Positions 1 through 10,747 of a DNA stretch of 64,000 nt are shown here, piece after piece; position 1 is the first letter of the stretch, and every line of letters starts with the position of its first letter. The stretch comes from Betaproteobacteria bacterium (GTDB lineage Bacteria; Pseudomonadota; Gammaproteobacteria; Burkholderiales; Burkholderiaceae_C). Below the pieces are notes generated by a model. The model made no database searches. It saw only the letters and a program-made list of their open reading frames with translations, and was not told the origin of the DNA. The stretch covers positions 1,145 to 65,144 of the forward strand of contig RFRO01000001.1 of NCBI GenBank assembly GCA_009924455.1, read 5' to 3'. Both the position numbers and the translations under genes were made by a program.

Positions 1-984
1 ATCCGCCAGCGCCACTGGCGCGGGAAAAAGCGCCTGGGTCACAAAGTAGAACGCAATCAGTGACAGACCGCCGGCCACAGCCAAGCCTTTGTACAGCGCT
101 GGCATCACGTTCTTCATGTCCGGCGCAGCCTTGACGAAGAAGCAGCCGATGATGGAGGCGACGATGGACACGCCGCCCAGAACCAGCGGATACAACACGG
201 CGTTGGGTCCGGCCGTACCGGCCATCAGCGCACCCAGCACCATGGTGGCGATCAGTGTCACCGCATAGGTTTCAAACAGGTCGGCGGCCATGCCGGCGCA
301 GTCGCCCACGTTGTCACCCACGTTGTCGGCGATCACCGCCGGGTTTCGGGGATCGTCTTCGGGAATGCCGGCTTCGACCTTGCCCACCAGATCGGCGCCC
401 ACGTCAGCGCCCTTGGTGAAAATGCCGCCGCCCAGACGGGCAAAAATCGAGATCAGCGAGGAGCCGAATGCAAAGCCGACCAAGGGATTGAGCAGGGCTG
501 CAAAGGCTTTGCCGTCAGCGGGAGCGGGGCCTGATGTCAGGTAGGCGTAAAAGCCGGTGACACCCAAAAGTCCCAGACCAACGACCAGCATGCCGGTGAT
601 TGCGCCGCCGCGAAAGGCGACATCCAGCGCCGGGCCAATGCCGCGTGTGGCGGCTTGGGCGGTGCGCACATTGGCGCGCACCGAGACGTTCATACCGATA
701 AAGCCGCAGGCGCCGGAAAGCACCGCGCCCAATACAAAGCCGACCGCGCTGAGTTGGTCGAGGAATGCCGCGATGAGGATAGCCAGGACGACGCCCACCA
801 TGGCGATGGTTTTGTATTGGCGGGCCAGATAGGCCGAGGCACCGGTTTGGATGGCTGCTGCGATTTCTTGCATCCGGGCATTGCCCGCGTCTTGCGAAAG
901 AATCCAACTGCGGGCCCATACGCCGTAGATGACGGCAATCAAACCGCATCCGATGGCCAAGATGACCGCGTTACTAGCTGACAT
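1..984 (-). CDS. hppA: Membrane-bound proton/sodium-translocating pyrophosphatase (5' part; runs off the window edge)
   Basis: Manual minus-strand translation from ATG 984: [14 protein letters not shown]...; contains the H+-PPase signatures [21 protein letters not shown] and [22 protein letters not shown]. Not in the ORF track because the stop lies outside the window. Confidence 0.95.
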   Translation of the reverse strand, partial: MSASNAVILAIGCGLIAVIYGVWARSWILSQDAGNARMQEIAAAIQTGASAYLARQYKTIAMVGVVLAILIAAFLDQLSAVGFVLGAVLSGACGFIGMNVSVRANVRTAQAATRGIGPALDVAFRGGAITGMLVVGLGLLGVTGFYAYLTSGPAPADGKAFAALLNPLVGFAFGSSLISIFARLGGGIFTKGADVGADLVGKVEAGIPEDDPRNPAVIADNVGDNVGDCAGMAADLFETYAVTLIATMVLGALMAGTAGPNAVLYPLVLGGVSIVASIIGCFFVKAAPDMKNVMPALYKGLAVAGGLSLIAFYFVTQALFPAPVALAD

Positions 985-1225
985 AAAAACACTCCTGCAA
1001 ATGTTGCGCGATGGTGGGGGCAACGCTTGCGAGACCCCCGCTTGCGTTGCTTCCTCGCGCGCACATGCATCGGTATGCAGGTAGCGTCGATTGGCCAACC
1101 GGCGCACTGTAGCGCCATTCCATGGTGCGAAAGCGCGCCTGCAAGTGCGGAGTCAGTAAACTAGGGGTTAATCCTAGGTTGTTCACCCAAGCTGGGCTCG
1201 CATCCCTTCAACTTCCCCACAATTT

Positions 1226-1762
1226 ATGGCACTCGACAAAGTCTCCCCCGGTAAAAACGCGCCCCAGGCCTTCAACGTCATCATCGAAATTCCCATGAAT
1301 GCCGACCCGGTGAAGTACGAGGTCGACAAGGAAACCGGTGCGATTTTTGTGGACCGCTTCATGAGCACGTCCATGCACTACCCGACCAATTACGGCTATG
1401 TGCCCAAAACCATTTCCGGCGATGGGGACCCCGTTGACGTGCTGGTGATCACCCCTGTGCCGCTGATTCCCGGTGTGGTGGTGACCTGCCGCGCCATCGG
1501 CATTTTGAAGATGGAAGATGAGGCCGGGCAGGACGGCAAGATTCTGGCGGTACCAACCGACAAGATTCTGTCGATCTACACCCAGTGGCAAAAGCCCGAG
1601 GACTTGAACCCGATGCGCTTGAAGACCATCGCCCATTTCTTTGAGCATTACAAAGATCTGGAGCCCAATAAGTGGGTCAAGATTTTGGGCTGGGAAGGCC
1701 CCGAGTCTGCGCACCAGGAAATCCTGGAAGGCATTGCGAATTACCAGAAATCACTGGGCTGA
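1226..1762 (+). CDS. ppa: Soluble inorganic pyrophosphatase, family I
   Basis: [27 protein letters not shown] and HFFEHYK motifs. Confidence 0.96.
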   Translation: MALDKVSPGKNAPQAFNVIIEIPMNADPVKYEVDKETGAIFVDRFMSTSMHYPTNYGYVPKTISGDGDPVDVLVITPVPLIPGVVVTCRAIGILKMEDEAGQDGKILAVPTDKILSIYTQWQKPEDLNPMRLKTIAHFFEHYKDLEPNKWVKILGWEGPESAHQEILEGIANYQKSLG

Positions 1763-1783
1763 TTCACAAACGCTGGGTGCGCG

Positions 1784-2820
1784 CTAGCTGATTGCGCGCA
1801 AGGGGCTTCGTGCCTCCAGTTGTTCCAGGTAGTTTTCCACGCCGGCGCCTTCGCGCTCCAAAAAGCGCGCCACTGCGTCCGCAAAGGCCGGGTGGGACAG
1901 CCAGTGGGCGCTGCTGGTTTTGACCGGCAGCAACGCCCGGGCCATCTTGTGTTCACCCTGCGCGCCGCCTTCAAAACGCTGGTACCCATGGGCGATGCAC
2001 CATTCCAGCGGCTGGTAATAGCAGGCTTCGAAGTGCAGGCAGTCCACCCGCTCCAGCGCCCCCCAGTAGCGGCCGTAGGCCACACGCTGCGGATCGGTGG
2101 CGTCGTTGAGCGCGATCAGGCTGCAGGCGATGGCGTGTCCATCGCGCATGCCCAGAAATTGTGGATGAATTCCACCCCTGCGTCGCGCACTTTGCGCCGC
2201 TCCTGGCGGATTTTTTTGCGCTTGTCTTGCGTGAGGGTTGCGAGAAACTGCTCGAAGTTGCCGTATGCGGGCGCGGCATTGGTCCAGTGAAACTGAACCG
2301 TGTGGCGCAGCATCAGGCCGGCTTGGGCACAGCTGGCGGTATCTTCTTCGGTGCCGAATAGCAGGTGCAGAGACGACAGTTCTTTGGATTCGCACCACGC
2401 TACAAGGGCTTCGATGAGCGCTGCGCGCGCCTGCGGGTCGCGCGCCAGAAGCCGCGGTCCGGGAACCGGGGTGAACGGCACGGCCACGGTGGCTTTGGGG
2501 TAGTACGCCAGCCCGTGCTGCTGGTAGGCGTTGGCCCAGGCCCAGTCAAAAACATACTCACCGTAGGAGTGGCTTTTTACATAGACCGCACATCCGGCGG
2601 CCAGCACATCGCCGTCCCACAGCGTGATGAAATACGGAATCCACCCGGTGCGCGCGCACGCACTGTGGCTGTGGTGCAGCGCATCCAGGTAGGCGTGGCG
2701 CATGAAAGGGCTGGATTGCATCTGCAGCGCCAACAGCGCATCCCACTGGGCGGCGTTGATGTCAGACGGACTTTCCACCACCCGAATGACATAATCCAAA
2801 GCACCTTCTACCTTGCGCAT
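1784..2820 (-). pseudogene. GNAT/FemAB-like (DUF482) protein, frameshifted with an apparent internal deletion near 2160-2170
   Basis: N-part (KSHSYGEYVFDWAWA, PFTPVPGPRLL, KRKKIRQERRKV) is in ORF 2116-2835; C-part (YGRYWG, LHFEACYYQ, FEGGAQGEHK) is in a different frame (ORF 1784-2398). The segment that normally links them appears absent. Confidence 0.8.
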
Positions 2821-2838
2821 GTTGACCTCTTCCACCCC

Positions 2839-4515
2839 ATGAATCTGAAAATTTGCATTGCCCAGCTCAACTTCGTGGTGGGTGATGTAAGTGGCAACGC
2901 GCAGCGCATTGTCGCTGCAGCCACGCAGGCCTATGCGCAGGGTGCGCGGCTGGTTTTGACCCCCGAGTTATCGATTTGCGGATACGCCGCGGAAGACCTG
3001 TTTTTACGCCCGGCCTTTGTACACGCCTGTGAGGACGCTGTACACGAGGTGGCGCGCGCGCTGGCCCATCTAAAGGGTCTGCACGTTGTTGTGGGCCACC
3101 CCAGTGGCGGCGACCGCCGCACCGCATCGGTACGCGTGCAGGAGCGCTTCAACCGCGCCACGGTGGTGAGCGAAGGACAGCTGATTGCCACCTACGCCAA
3201 GCAGGAGCTGCCGAATTACCAGGTGTTCGATGAGCGCCGCTACTTCGTGCCAGGGAATCAGCCCTGCGTGTTTGAGGTGGGGGTTGGCGAGGCCGTGGTT
3301 CGCATCGGCTTGCTGATTTGTGAAGACGCCTGGTTCGAAGGTCCGGCGCAGGCGGCTTTGGCGGACGGCGCGCAGATGCTGGCTGTGATCAACGCCTCGC
3401 CTTTTCATGTTGGCAAAGGCTACGCCCGCGAAGCGGTGATGGCCGAGCGGGCGCGTGCCTGCAAGCTTCCGCTGGTGTACGCGCATTTGGTTGGCGGGCA
3501 GGACGAGCTGATTTTTGAAGGTCATTCCTTCGCTTTGGCTGCCGACGGCGCCTTGGCGGCCCGTGCGCCCAGCTTTACCGAATCCTTGTTCATGGTCGAT
3601 GCACATGCTGTGGCAAACGGCCTGACGCTGTCCGGGGCGGTCGAGCCTGCGCGCGCGGAGCAGCTTGATCTGTGGGACGCCCTGGTGCTGGGCGTGCGCG
3701 ACTACGTGAACAAAAACGGATTCCCGGGCGTGCTGCTGGGTTTGTCAGGCGGTATCGATTCCGCGCTGGTCTTGGCCATTGCCGTGGACGCGTTGGGCGC
3801 CAAGCGGGTGCGCGCGGTCATGATGCCGTCGCCCTACACCGCCGACATCAGCTGGATCGACGCCCGCGAGATGGCCAAGCGCATGGGCGTGCAGTACGAC
3901 GAAATTTCTATCGAGCCCGAATTTGCCGCGTTCAAGGCGTCCCTGAACCCCTTGTTTGAAGGTCGCGCCGAAGACACCACGGAAGAAAACATCCAGGCCC
4001 GTATCCGCGGCACCATGCTGATGGGCCTGAGTAACAAGCTGGGCGCGATGGTGCTGACCACCGGCAACAAGTCGGAAATGGCCACCGGGTACTGCACCTT
4101 GTACGGCGACATGGCCGGTGGTTTTGCGGTGATCAAGGACTTGTTGAAGACCCAGGTATTTGCGCTGGCGCGCTGGCGTAACCTGCATGACCCCTATGGC
4201 AGCGGCGCACAGCCCATTCCTGAGCGCATCATCACCCGCCCACCCAGCGCTGAGTTGCGCGCCAACCAGACCGACCAGGACAGTTTGCCCGACTACGCGG
4301 TGCTGGACGCCATCATCACCCACTGCGTGGAAAACGACGGCAGCCCCGAGGCGGCTATTGCAGCGGGATTTTCCAGCGCCGACGTGCAGCGTGTGACGCA
4401 ACTGATCCGGGTTAACGAGTACAAGCGCCGCCAGTCGCCGCCGGGCATCCGGCTCACCCACCGCAGTTTCGGCAAGGATTGGCGCTATCCTATTACCAAC
4501 CGATTCCGTGGCTGA
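2839..4515 (+). CDS. nadE: Glutamine-dependent NAD+ synthetase
   Basis: Nitrilase-type N-domain (TPELS, KQELPNY, ICED) plus synthetase domain (LSGGIDS, ENIQAR, TGNKSE, PPSAEL). ATG start at 2839 (MNLKICIAQ). Confidence 0.96.
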   Translation: MNLKICIAQLNFVVGDVSGNAQRIVAAATQAYAQGARLVLTPELSICGYAAEDLFLRPAFVHACEDAVHEVARALAHLKGLHVVVGHPSGGDRRTASVRVQERFNRATVVSEGQLIATYAKQELPNYQVFDERRYFVPGNQPCVFEVGVGEAVVRIGLLICEDAWFEGPAQAALADGAQMLAVINASPFHVGKGYAREAVMAERARACKLPLVYAHLVGGQDELIFEGHSFALAADGALAARAPSFTESLFMVDAHAVANGLTLSGAVEPARAEQLDLWDALVLGVRDYVNKNGFPGVLLGLSGGIDSALVLAIAVDALGAKRVRAVMMPSPYTADISWIDAREMAKRMGVQYDEISIEPEFAAFKASLNPLFEGRAEDTTEENIQARIRGTMLMGLSNKLGAMVLTTGNKSEMATGYCTLYGDMAGGFAVIKDLLKTQVFALARWRNLHDPYGSGAQPIPERIITRPPSAELRANQTDQDSLPDYAVLDAIITHCVENDGSPEAAIAAGFSSADVQRVTQLIRVNEYKRRQSPPGIRLTHRSFGKDWRYPITNRFRG

Positions 4516-4896
<381 letters not shown>

Positions 4897-4903
4897 CGCG
4901 GTC

Positions 4904-5452
4904 TCAGCCCGCAGGCCGGTAGTCCACCAGCCGGGTGCCGGCCCATTCATCGTGCCAAAACTGTTTGAGCGGGTGGAAATGGCTCAGGGCTGCCCATGCA
5001 GCCACCCACACGACGAATGTGGCGCTGGTGCCGGCGACAGTCAAAGACGCCGCATAAGCCGCTAGCAGCGGTGGAACGCACCAAATCCAGATGAGCAGGT
5101 AGCGCAGCATGGCGCGCTGCTGGGTCAGTGCCCCGCCGTGGGCATCGACGACGCGGATGCGCCATGTTTTCATCGCCAGGGTTTGGCCGCGGCGCCAGAA
5201 CCAGACAAAATACATCCCCAGCACACCAAACAAAAATGCTTGCAAGCCCAAGCGGTTGTTCATCGCATGACGGGTCTGGGTCAGCGTTCCGAAAAGATAG
5301 CCTGCGATAAAAACCACGCCGAATAGCAAAAGGCCTTCGTACACCCAACTGCCCATCCGGGGCAGCAGCGCCGGGGCCCGCAGCTCGGGTGGCGATTCAG
5401 GCGTGTGGTCCGGGGGCGCTACTGACTGCCCGGTGGTGTCAGGCCCCGCCAT
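4904..5452 (-). CDS. RDD family membrane protein
   Basis: GQTLAMKTWRIRVV and QFWHD motifs, hydrophobic helices; probable ATG at 5452. Confidence 0.85.
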   Translation of the reverse strand: MAGPDTTGQSVAPPDHTPESPPELRAPALLPRMGSWVYEGLLLFGVVFIAGYLFGTLTQTRHAMNNRLGLQAFLFGVLGMYFVWFWRRGQTLAMKTWRIRVVDAHGGALTQQRAMLRYLLIWIWCVPPLLAAYAASLTVAGTSATFVVWVAAWAALSHFHPLKQFWHDEWAGTRLVDYRPAG

Positions 5453-6131
5453 GCGATAACGGTTTGGCCAGTGTCGCGGGCCGCAGGGGCAGCAGGGTCT
5501 TGCGGTCAATAGGGCGCGCAGCGCTCGCCATGGCCTTTTCGGTTTCCGTGCTGTGGCGGGTGACCGCAATGGTGGCGAGTTTTTCTTTGGGAATGGGCTT
5601 GGGCGCAATAGCAGCACCGGTCGGGATCGGCGGCGTACGATCGGACAGCGCCTTGCGGTCGGCTTCGCTCAGCGATTGATAAGTTTCCCAGTGGCTGGTC
5701 AGCTCCTGCGCATTTACATTTTTGCTTTGGGCAAAATTCAGGCGGGCGAGCTGCCGCTCTTTGGTGCTTAGCAGCGCCCACTCACCCATGCGCTCGCGAA
5801 TCTTGGCCTGATCAGCCGGGCTGAGCTGGGCGTAATTCTTGACGATCGAACGCCATTTCCGGCGGCGTGTGGTCGACATGTCGTCCCAGACAGGTGCCAG
5901 GGGCTGCAAGACCTGCTGCTCGGCCTCCAGCAGCTCGGCCCATTTCGGCGCAGTAATCGGTGGCAGCGTGGGCGCCAAAGCCGTGGGCCTGGGGCTGCTG
6001 TCAGGATTTGCATCCACGGCAGCGGCCGGTATGGATATTGCGCATAAAGCAAGTGTTGCCAGCAAGGTCCCGCACGGACCTCGCAGGGAGGCGAAAGCCT
6101 TGGCTGGAACTTGCGGCGCGCAAAGGGGCAT
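5439..6131 (-). CDS. DUF3106 domain protein
   Basis: Helical repeats (WAELLEAEQQVL, WDDMS, YAQLSPADQ, WALLS) after a signal-like segment; start uncertain. Confidence 0.8.
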   Translation of the reverse strand: MPLCAPQVPAKAFASLRGPCGTLLATLALCAISIPAAAVDANPDSSPRPTALAPTLPPITAPKWAELLEAEQQVLQPLAPVWDDMSTTRRRKWRSIVKNYAQLSPADQAKIRERMGEWALLSTKERQLARLNFAQSKNVNAQELTSHWETYQSLSEADRKALSDRTPPIPTGAAIAPKPIPKEKLATIAVTRHSTETEKAMASAARPIDRKTLLPLRPATLAKPLSHGGA

Positions 6132-6143
6132 GTGCTTGCCTTG

Positions 6144-6575
6144 TCAGTCCCGAACGGTGGAGCGCAAAAACTGCACAAACCCCGGATCGGTGTAGGCCAC
6201 AGGCGGCAATTCGGCGGTTAACAACTCAACATCCACATCGGCCAGTTCGTCAGCGCGGAATTGGTCCTGGACCGCGTCGATGCAGAAGAGGCCGACGAGC
6301 AGAACGGCCATTGGCACCAGGCTGGATAATTTCGCCCAATTCCCTATGGGTCCGCCCATCGTCAGTACGGCACCGTGGCGTTGGCCGGCACTTACCGGGC
6401 TCGGCTGCATGACCAGATGGGCCAATGCTTGCTCACGGGCAACGCGAAGGCGTTGGCTGATGTCGTGGTCGAGGTGCTGGGCGCCTGCATTCAGCCGTGC
6501 GCTTACCCGTTGACCGAATTGATCGGCCCGTGATGGCGACGCGGTGGCGGGCATGGTTATTCGCTCGGATGTCAT
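6144..6575 (-). CDS. DUF3619 family single-pass membrane protein (possible anti-sigma factor)
   Basis: DISQRLRVAREQAL, one TM helix, C-terminal LPPVAYTDPGF; ATG 6575 overlaps the sigma gene stop. Confidence 0.85.
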   Translation of the reverse strand: MTSERITMPATASPSRADQFGQRVSARLNAGAQHLDHDISQRLRVAREQALAHLVMQPSPVSAGQRHGAVLTMGGPIGNWAKLSSLVPMAVLLVGLFCIDAVQDQFRADELADVDVELLTAELPPVAYTDPGFVQFLRSTVRD

Positions 6576-7138
6576 AGTGTGATTCCCCTTATTTTCAACG
6601 CTTTTGACAAAGCTGCAACTGCTCTGAAACAATGCGTTTTGACACTGCCTTGTGAGCAGCCCATGACGGCGGCCGTCTCGGCCAAGTCCATCTCTTCCCA
6701 ATAACGCAGCAAGAAGGCTTCCCGTTGACGCGGGGGCAAAAGTTCCAATTCTTGTTCGATTTGGCGCAAGGTTTGGTTTCTATGGGCTTGGTTTTCGCTA
6801 CTTTCTTGCGCCTGGGGCGCGTCTGCTGCGAGCAAGTGGGACAGCGCCTCAGGGTCGTTCTCGCCTTGCTCGTCTTCAAAGTCATCCAGATTTGAAAAAT
6901 GGGCCTTGTGGGTTTTTTGCCGACGGAACCAGTCGATGGTGCTGTTTGACAGGATTTTTTGGAACAGCAGCGGTAATTCCCCGGCGGGCTTGTGGCTGTA
7001 ATGCTCAACCAGCTTCATCATGCTGTCCTGAACGATGTCCAAGGCGGACTCTTCGTTGCGGACATGGTATAGGCTGCGCTTGAAAGCCCGGTTTTCAACG
7101 CTTTTGAGGAAGTCCGATATTTCTGCGGGTGTTGCCAA
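6572..7138 (-). CDS. ECF-type RNA polymerase sigma factor
   Basis: Region 2 (ALDIVQDSMMKL) and region 4 (LPPRQREAFLLRYWE...GSVKTHCFRA). Confidence 0.92.
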   Translation of the reverse strand: MATPAEISDFLKSVENRAFKRSLYHVRNEESALDIVQDSMMKLVEHYSHKPAGELPLLFQKILSNSTIDWFRRQKTHKAHFSNLDDFEDEQGENDPEALSHLLAADAPQAQESSENQAHRNQTLRQIEQELELLPPRQREAFLLRYWEEMDLAETAAVMGCSQGSVKTHCFRAVAALSKALKIRGITL

Positions 7139-7229
7139 TGGCCTTAACCTTAAGTTTCAACCCCGGCCCACAAGGCGGAGGGAAGAAGCACCCAAGGTTT
7201 TTCGTTAGAGAAATTCGCAAAGGTTCATC

Positions 7230-9008
7230 ATGGAAATATCCAAAAAAGAAATAGCCGCTACGGCTGGCGCAACCGCACGTCTCGATGCCGAAGAGCTGCG
7301 GGGGGCGGAAATATTGATCAAAGCGCTACAGGCTGAAAACGTCAAATACGTCTGGGGTTATCCGGGCGGTGCCGTTCTGCACATCTACGATGCTTTTTTC
7401 AAGCAGGAGTCGATCCAGCACATTTTGGTGCGCCACGAGCAGGCCGCCGTCCATGCTGCAGACGGCTACGCCCGCGCCACCGGCGATGTAGGCGTCGCAC
7501 TCGTTACTTCCGGCCCGGGCGTCACCAACGCGGTTACCGGCATCGCCACGGCCTACATGGATAGCATCCCCATGGTGATCATCACCGGGCAGGTGCCGAC
7601 CCATGCCATCGGATTAGATGCATTCCAGGAGTGCGACACGGTCGGCATCACACGCCCTATCGTGAAGCACAATTTTCTGGTCAAGGATGCCCGCGATATG
7701 GCGGAGACCTTGAAGAAGGCGTTCCACATTGCACGCAGCGGCAGACCCGGCCCTGTGGTCGTGGATATCCCGAAAGACGTGTCGTTCAAGAAGGTGCCTT
7801 ACAGCGGCTACCCTGAGACCGTCACCATGCGCTCCTACAACCCGATGCGCAAGGGCCATGGTGGTCAGATCCGCAAGGCGTTGCAGTTGCTGTTGACGGC
7901 AAAACGGCCTTACATCTATACCGGCGGCGGGGTGTTGATGAGCAATGCCTCTGCCGAGTTGCGCACCTTGGTGGACATGCTGGGGTACCCGTGCACCAAC
8001 ACCCTGATGGGCTTGGGCGCGTACCCGGCCAGTGACCCGAAATTTTTAGGCATGTTGGGCATGCACGGCACGGTGGAAGCGAACAACGCCATGCAGAACT
8101 GCGACGTGCTGCTCGCTGTGGGTGCGCGTTTTGATGACCGCGTGATTGGCAACCCCAAGCATTTTGCGCAAAACGAGCGCAAGATCATCCACATCGATAT
8201 TGACCCATCCAGCATTTCCAAGCGCGTCAAAGTGGACATTCCGATCGTGGGCGACGTCAAAGAAGTGCTGACCGAAATGATCGCGATGATCAAGGAAACC
8301 AGCACCCGAGCCGACCCGGCTGCGCTGGGCGGTTGGTGGGAAGCCATTGAAGGCTGGCGCAAGCGCGATTGCCTGAAGTACAAGCCCGGCAGCGGCGAGA
8401 TCATCAAGCCGCAGTATGTGGTGGAGACCCTGTGGAACATGACCAAGGACGTCGAGACCTACATCACATCCGATGTGGGTCAGCACCAGATGTGGGCGGC
8501 GCAGTACTACCGTTTTGATGAGCCGCGGCGTTGGATCAACTCCGGCGGTCTGGGCACCATGGGCGTGGGCATTCCCTATGCGATGGGTATCAAACTGGCC
8601 AAGCCTGAGGCGGAGGTGTTTTGCATCACCGGAGAAGGCTCGGTGCAGATGTGTATCCAGGAGTTGTCCACCTGCCTGCAATACAACACGCCCATCAAAA
8701 TCGTATCACTCAACAACCGCTATCTGGGCATGGTGCGCCAATGGCAGGAAGTGGAATACGAAGGCCGCTACAGCCACAGTTACATGGACGCGTTGCCCAA
8801 TTTTGTGAAGCTGGCCGAGGCCTACGGCCATGTGGGCATGTTGATCGAGCGCACGGAAGACGTGGAGCCTGCTTTGCGGGAAGCCCGCAAACTCAAGGAC
8901 CGTACGGTGTTCATGGATTTCCGTACCGACCCGACTGAAAACGTGTTCCCCATGGTGCAAGCCGGCAAAGGCATTACCGAAATGCTGCTGGGTTCAGAAG
9001 ACCTCTGA
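7230..9008 (+). CDS. ilvI: Acetolactate synthase large subunit
   Basis: GYPGG, RHEQAA, TSGPG, DVGQHQMW, ThDP motif GEGS...NN. Confidence 0.96.
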   Translation: MEISKKEIAATAGATARLDAEELRGAEILIKALQAENVKYVWGYPGGAVLHIYDAFFKQESIQHILVRHEQAAVHAADGYARATGDVGVALVTSGPGVTNAVTGIATAYMDSIPMVIITGQVPTHAIGLDAFQECDTVGITRPIVKHNFLVKDARDMAETLKKAFHIARSGRPGPVVVDIPKDVSFKKVPYSGYPETVTMRSYNPMRKGHGGQIRKALQLLLTAKRPYIYTGGGVLMSNASAELRTLVDMLGYPCTNTLMGLGAYPASDPKFLGMLGMHGTVEANNAMQNCDVLLAVGARFDDRVIGNPKHFAQNERKIIHIDIDPSSISKRVKVDIPIVGDVKEVLTEMIAMIKETSTRADPAALGGWWEAIEGWRKRDCLKYKPGSGEIIKPQYVVETLWNMTKDVETYITSDVGQHQMWAAQYYRFDEPRRWINSGGLGTMGVGIPYAMGIKLAKPEAEVFCITGEGSVQMCIQELSTCLQYNTPIKIVSLNNRYLGMVRQWQEVEYEGRYSHSYMDALPNFVKLAEAYGHVGMLIERTEDVEPALREARKLKDRTVFMDFRTDPTENVFPMVQAGKGITEMLLGSEDL

Positions 9009-9029
9009 GCGAAGCCTATTTATTAACCT

Positions 9030-9105
9030 GAGAGACGAATCTATTGCCCGTCAAGCCGCGCGGTTACCGCTGCGCGGGGAGGGCGGCGAAAAGAGGAATC
9101 GAGAC
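9030..9105 (+). ncRNA. Structured leader between ilvI and ilvH (probable ilvH RNA motif)
   Basis: Hairpin CCGCGCGG 9056-9063 / CTGCGCGG 9070-9077 inside an outer stem (9045-9052 / 9082-9088), just before the AGAGGA RBS; location matches the described betaproteobacterial ilvH motif. Confidence 0.6.
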
Positions 9106-9107
9106 CT

Positions 9108-9599
9108 ATGAAACACATCATTGCAGTACTGTTGGAAAACGAGCCCGGCGCACTGTCGCGGGTGGTTGGATTGTTCTCCGCCCGCGGCTACAACATCGAG
9201 TCGCTGACCGTTGCCCCCACAGAAGACCCGAGCCTGTCGCGCATGACCATCGAGACCACGGGTTCGGACGACGTCATCGAGCAAATTACCAAACACCTGA
9301 ACCGCTTGATTGAAGTCATCAAGGTGGTTGACCTGACAGAAGGCTCCTACATCGAGCGCGAATTGATGATGGTCAAAGTGCGCGCGGTGGGCAAAGAGCG
9401 CGAAGAGATGAAGCGCATGGCAGACATCTTCCGTGGCCGCATCATTGATGTGACCGACAAGAGCTACACCATTGAGTTGACCGGCGATCAGTCCAAAAAC
9501 GATGCGTTTTTGGAGGCGATTGAGCGTGCAGCGATTTTGGAAACGGTGCGTACCGGTTCCAGCGGCATTGGCCGCGGAGAGCGTATTTTGCGAGTGTGA
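9108..9599 (+). CDS. ilvH: Acetolactate synthase small subunit
   Basis: ACT domain ENEPGALSRVVGLFSARGYNIESL. Confidence 0.96.
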   Translation: MKHIIAVLLENEPGALSRVVGLFSARGYNIESLTVAPTEDPSLSRMTIETTGSDDVIEQITKHLNRLIEVIKVVDLTEGSYIERELMMVKVRAVGKEREEMKRMADIFRGRIIDVTDKSYTIELTGDQSKNDAFLEAIERAAILETVRTGSSGIGRGERILRV

Positions 9600-9615
9600 T
9601 GGGTTGTGTAACTAG

Positions 9616-10665
<1,050 letters not shown>

Positions 10666-10683
10666 TAGACTGCGGCTGGAACG

Positions 10684-10715
10684 GCAGGGCCACTTGGGTG
10701 GCCCTTGCTGTTTCT
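10684..10715 (+). terminator. Hairpin / probable intrinsic terminator after ilvC
   Basis: AGGGCCAC-TTGG-GTGGCCCT stem followed by a weak T-rich tail (TGTTTCT). Confidence 0.55.
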
Positions 10716-10747
10716 AGACCAGGCCAATGGCCATCAAGGAGTTGAAT

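Noticed and set aside
2365-2838. N-terminal extension of NadE (716-aa ORF)
   Set aside because: Antisense to the GNAT gene; the nitrilase domain begins at ATG 2839
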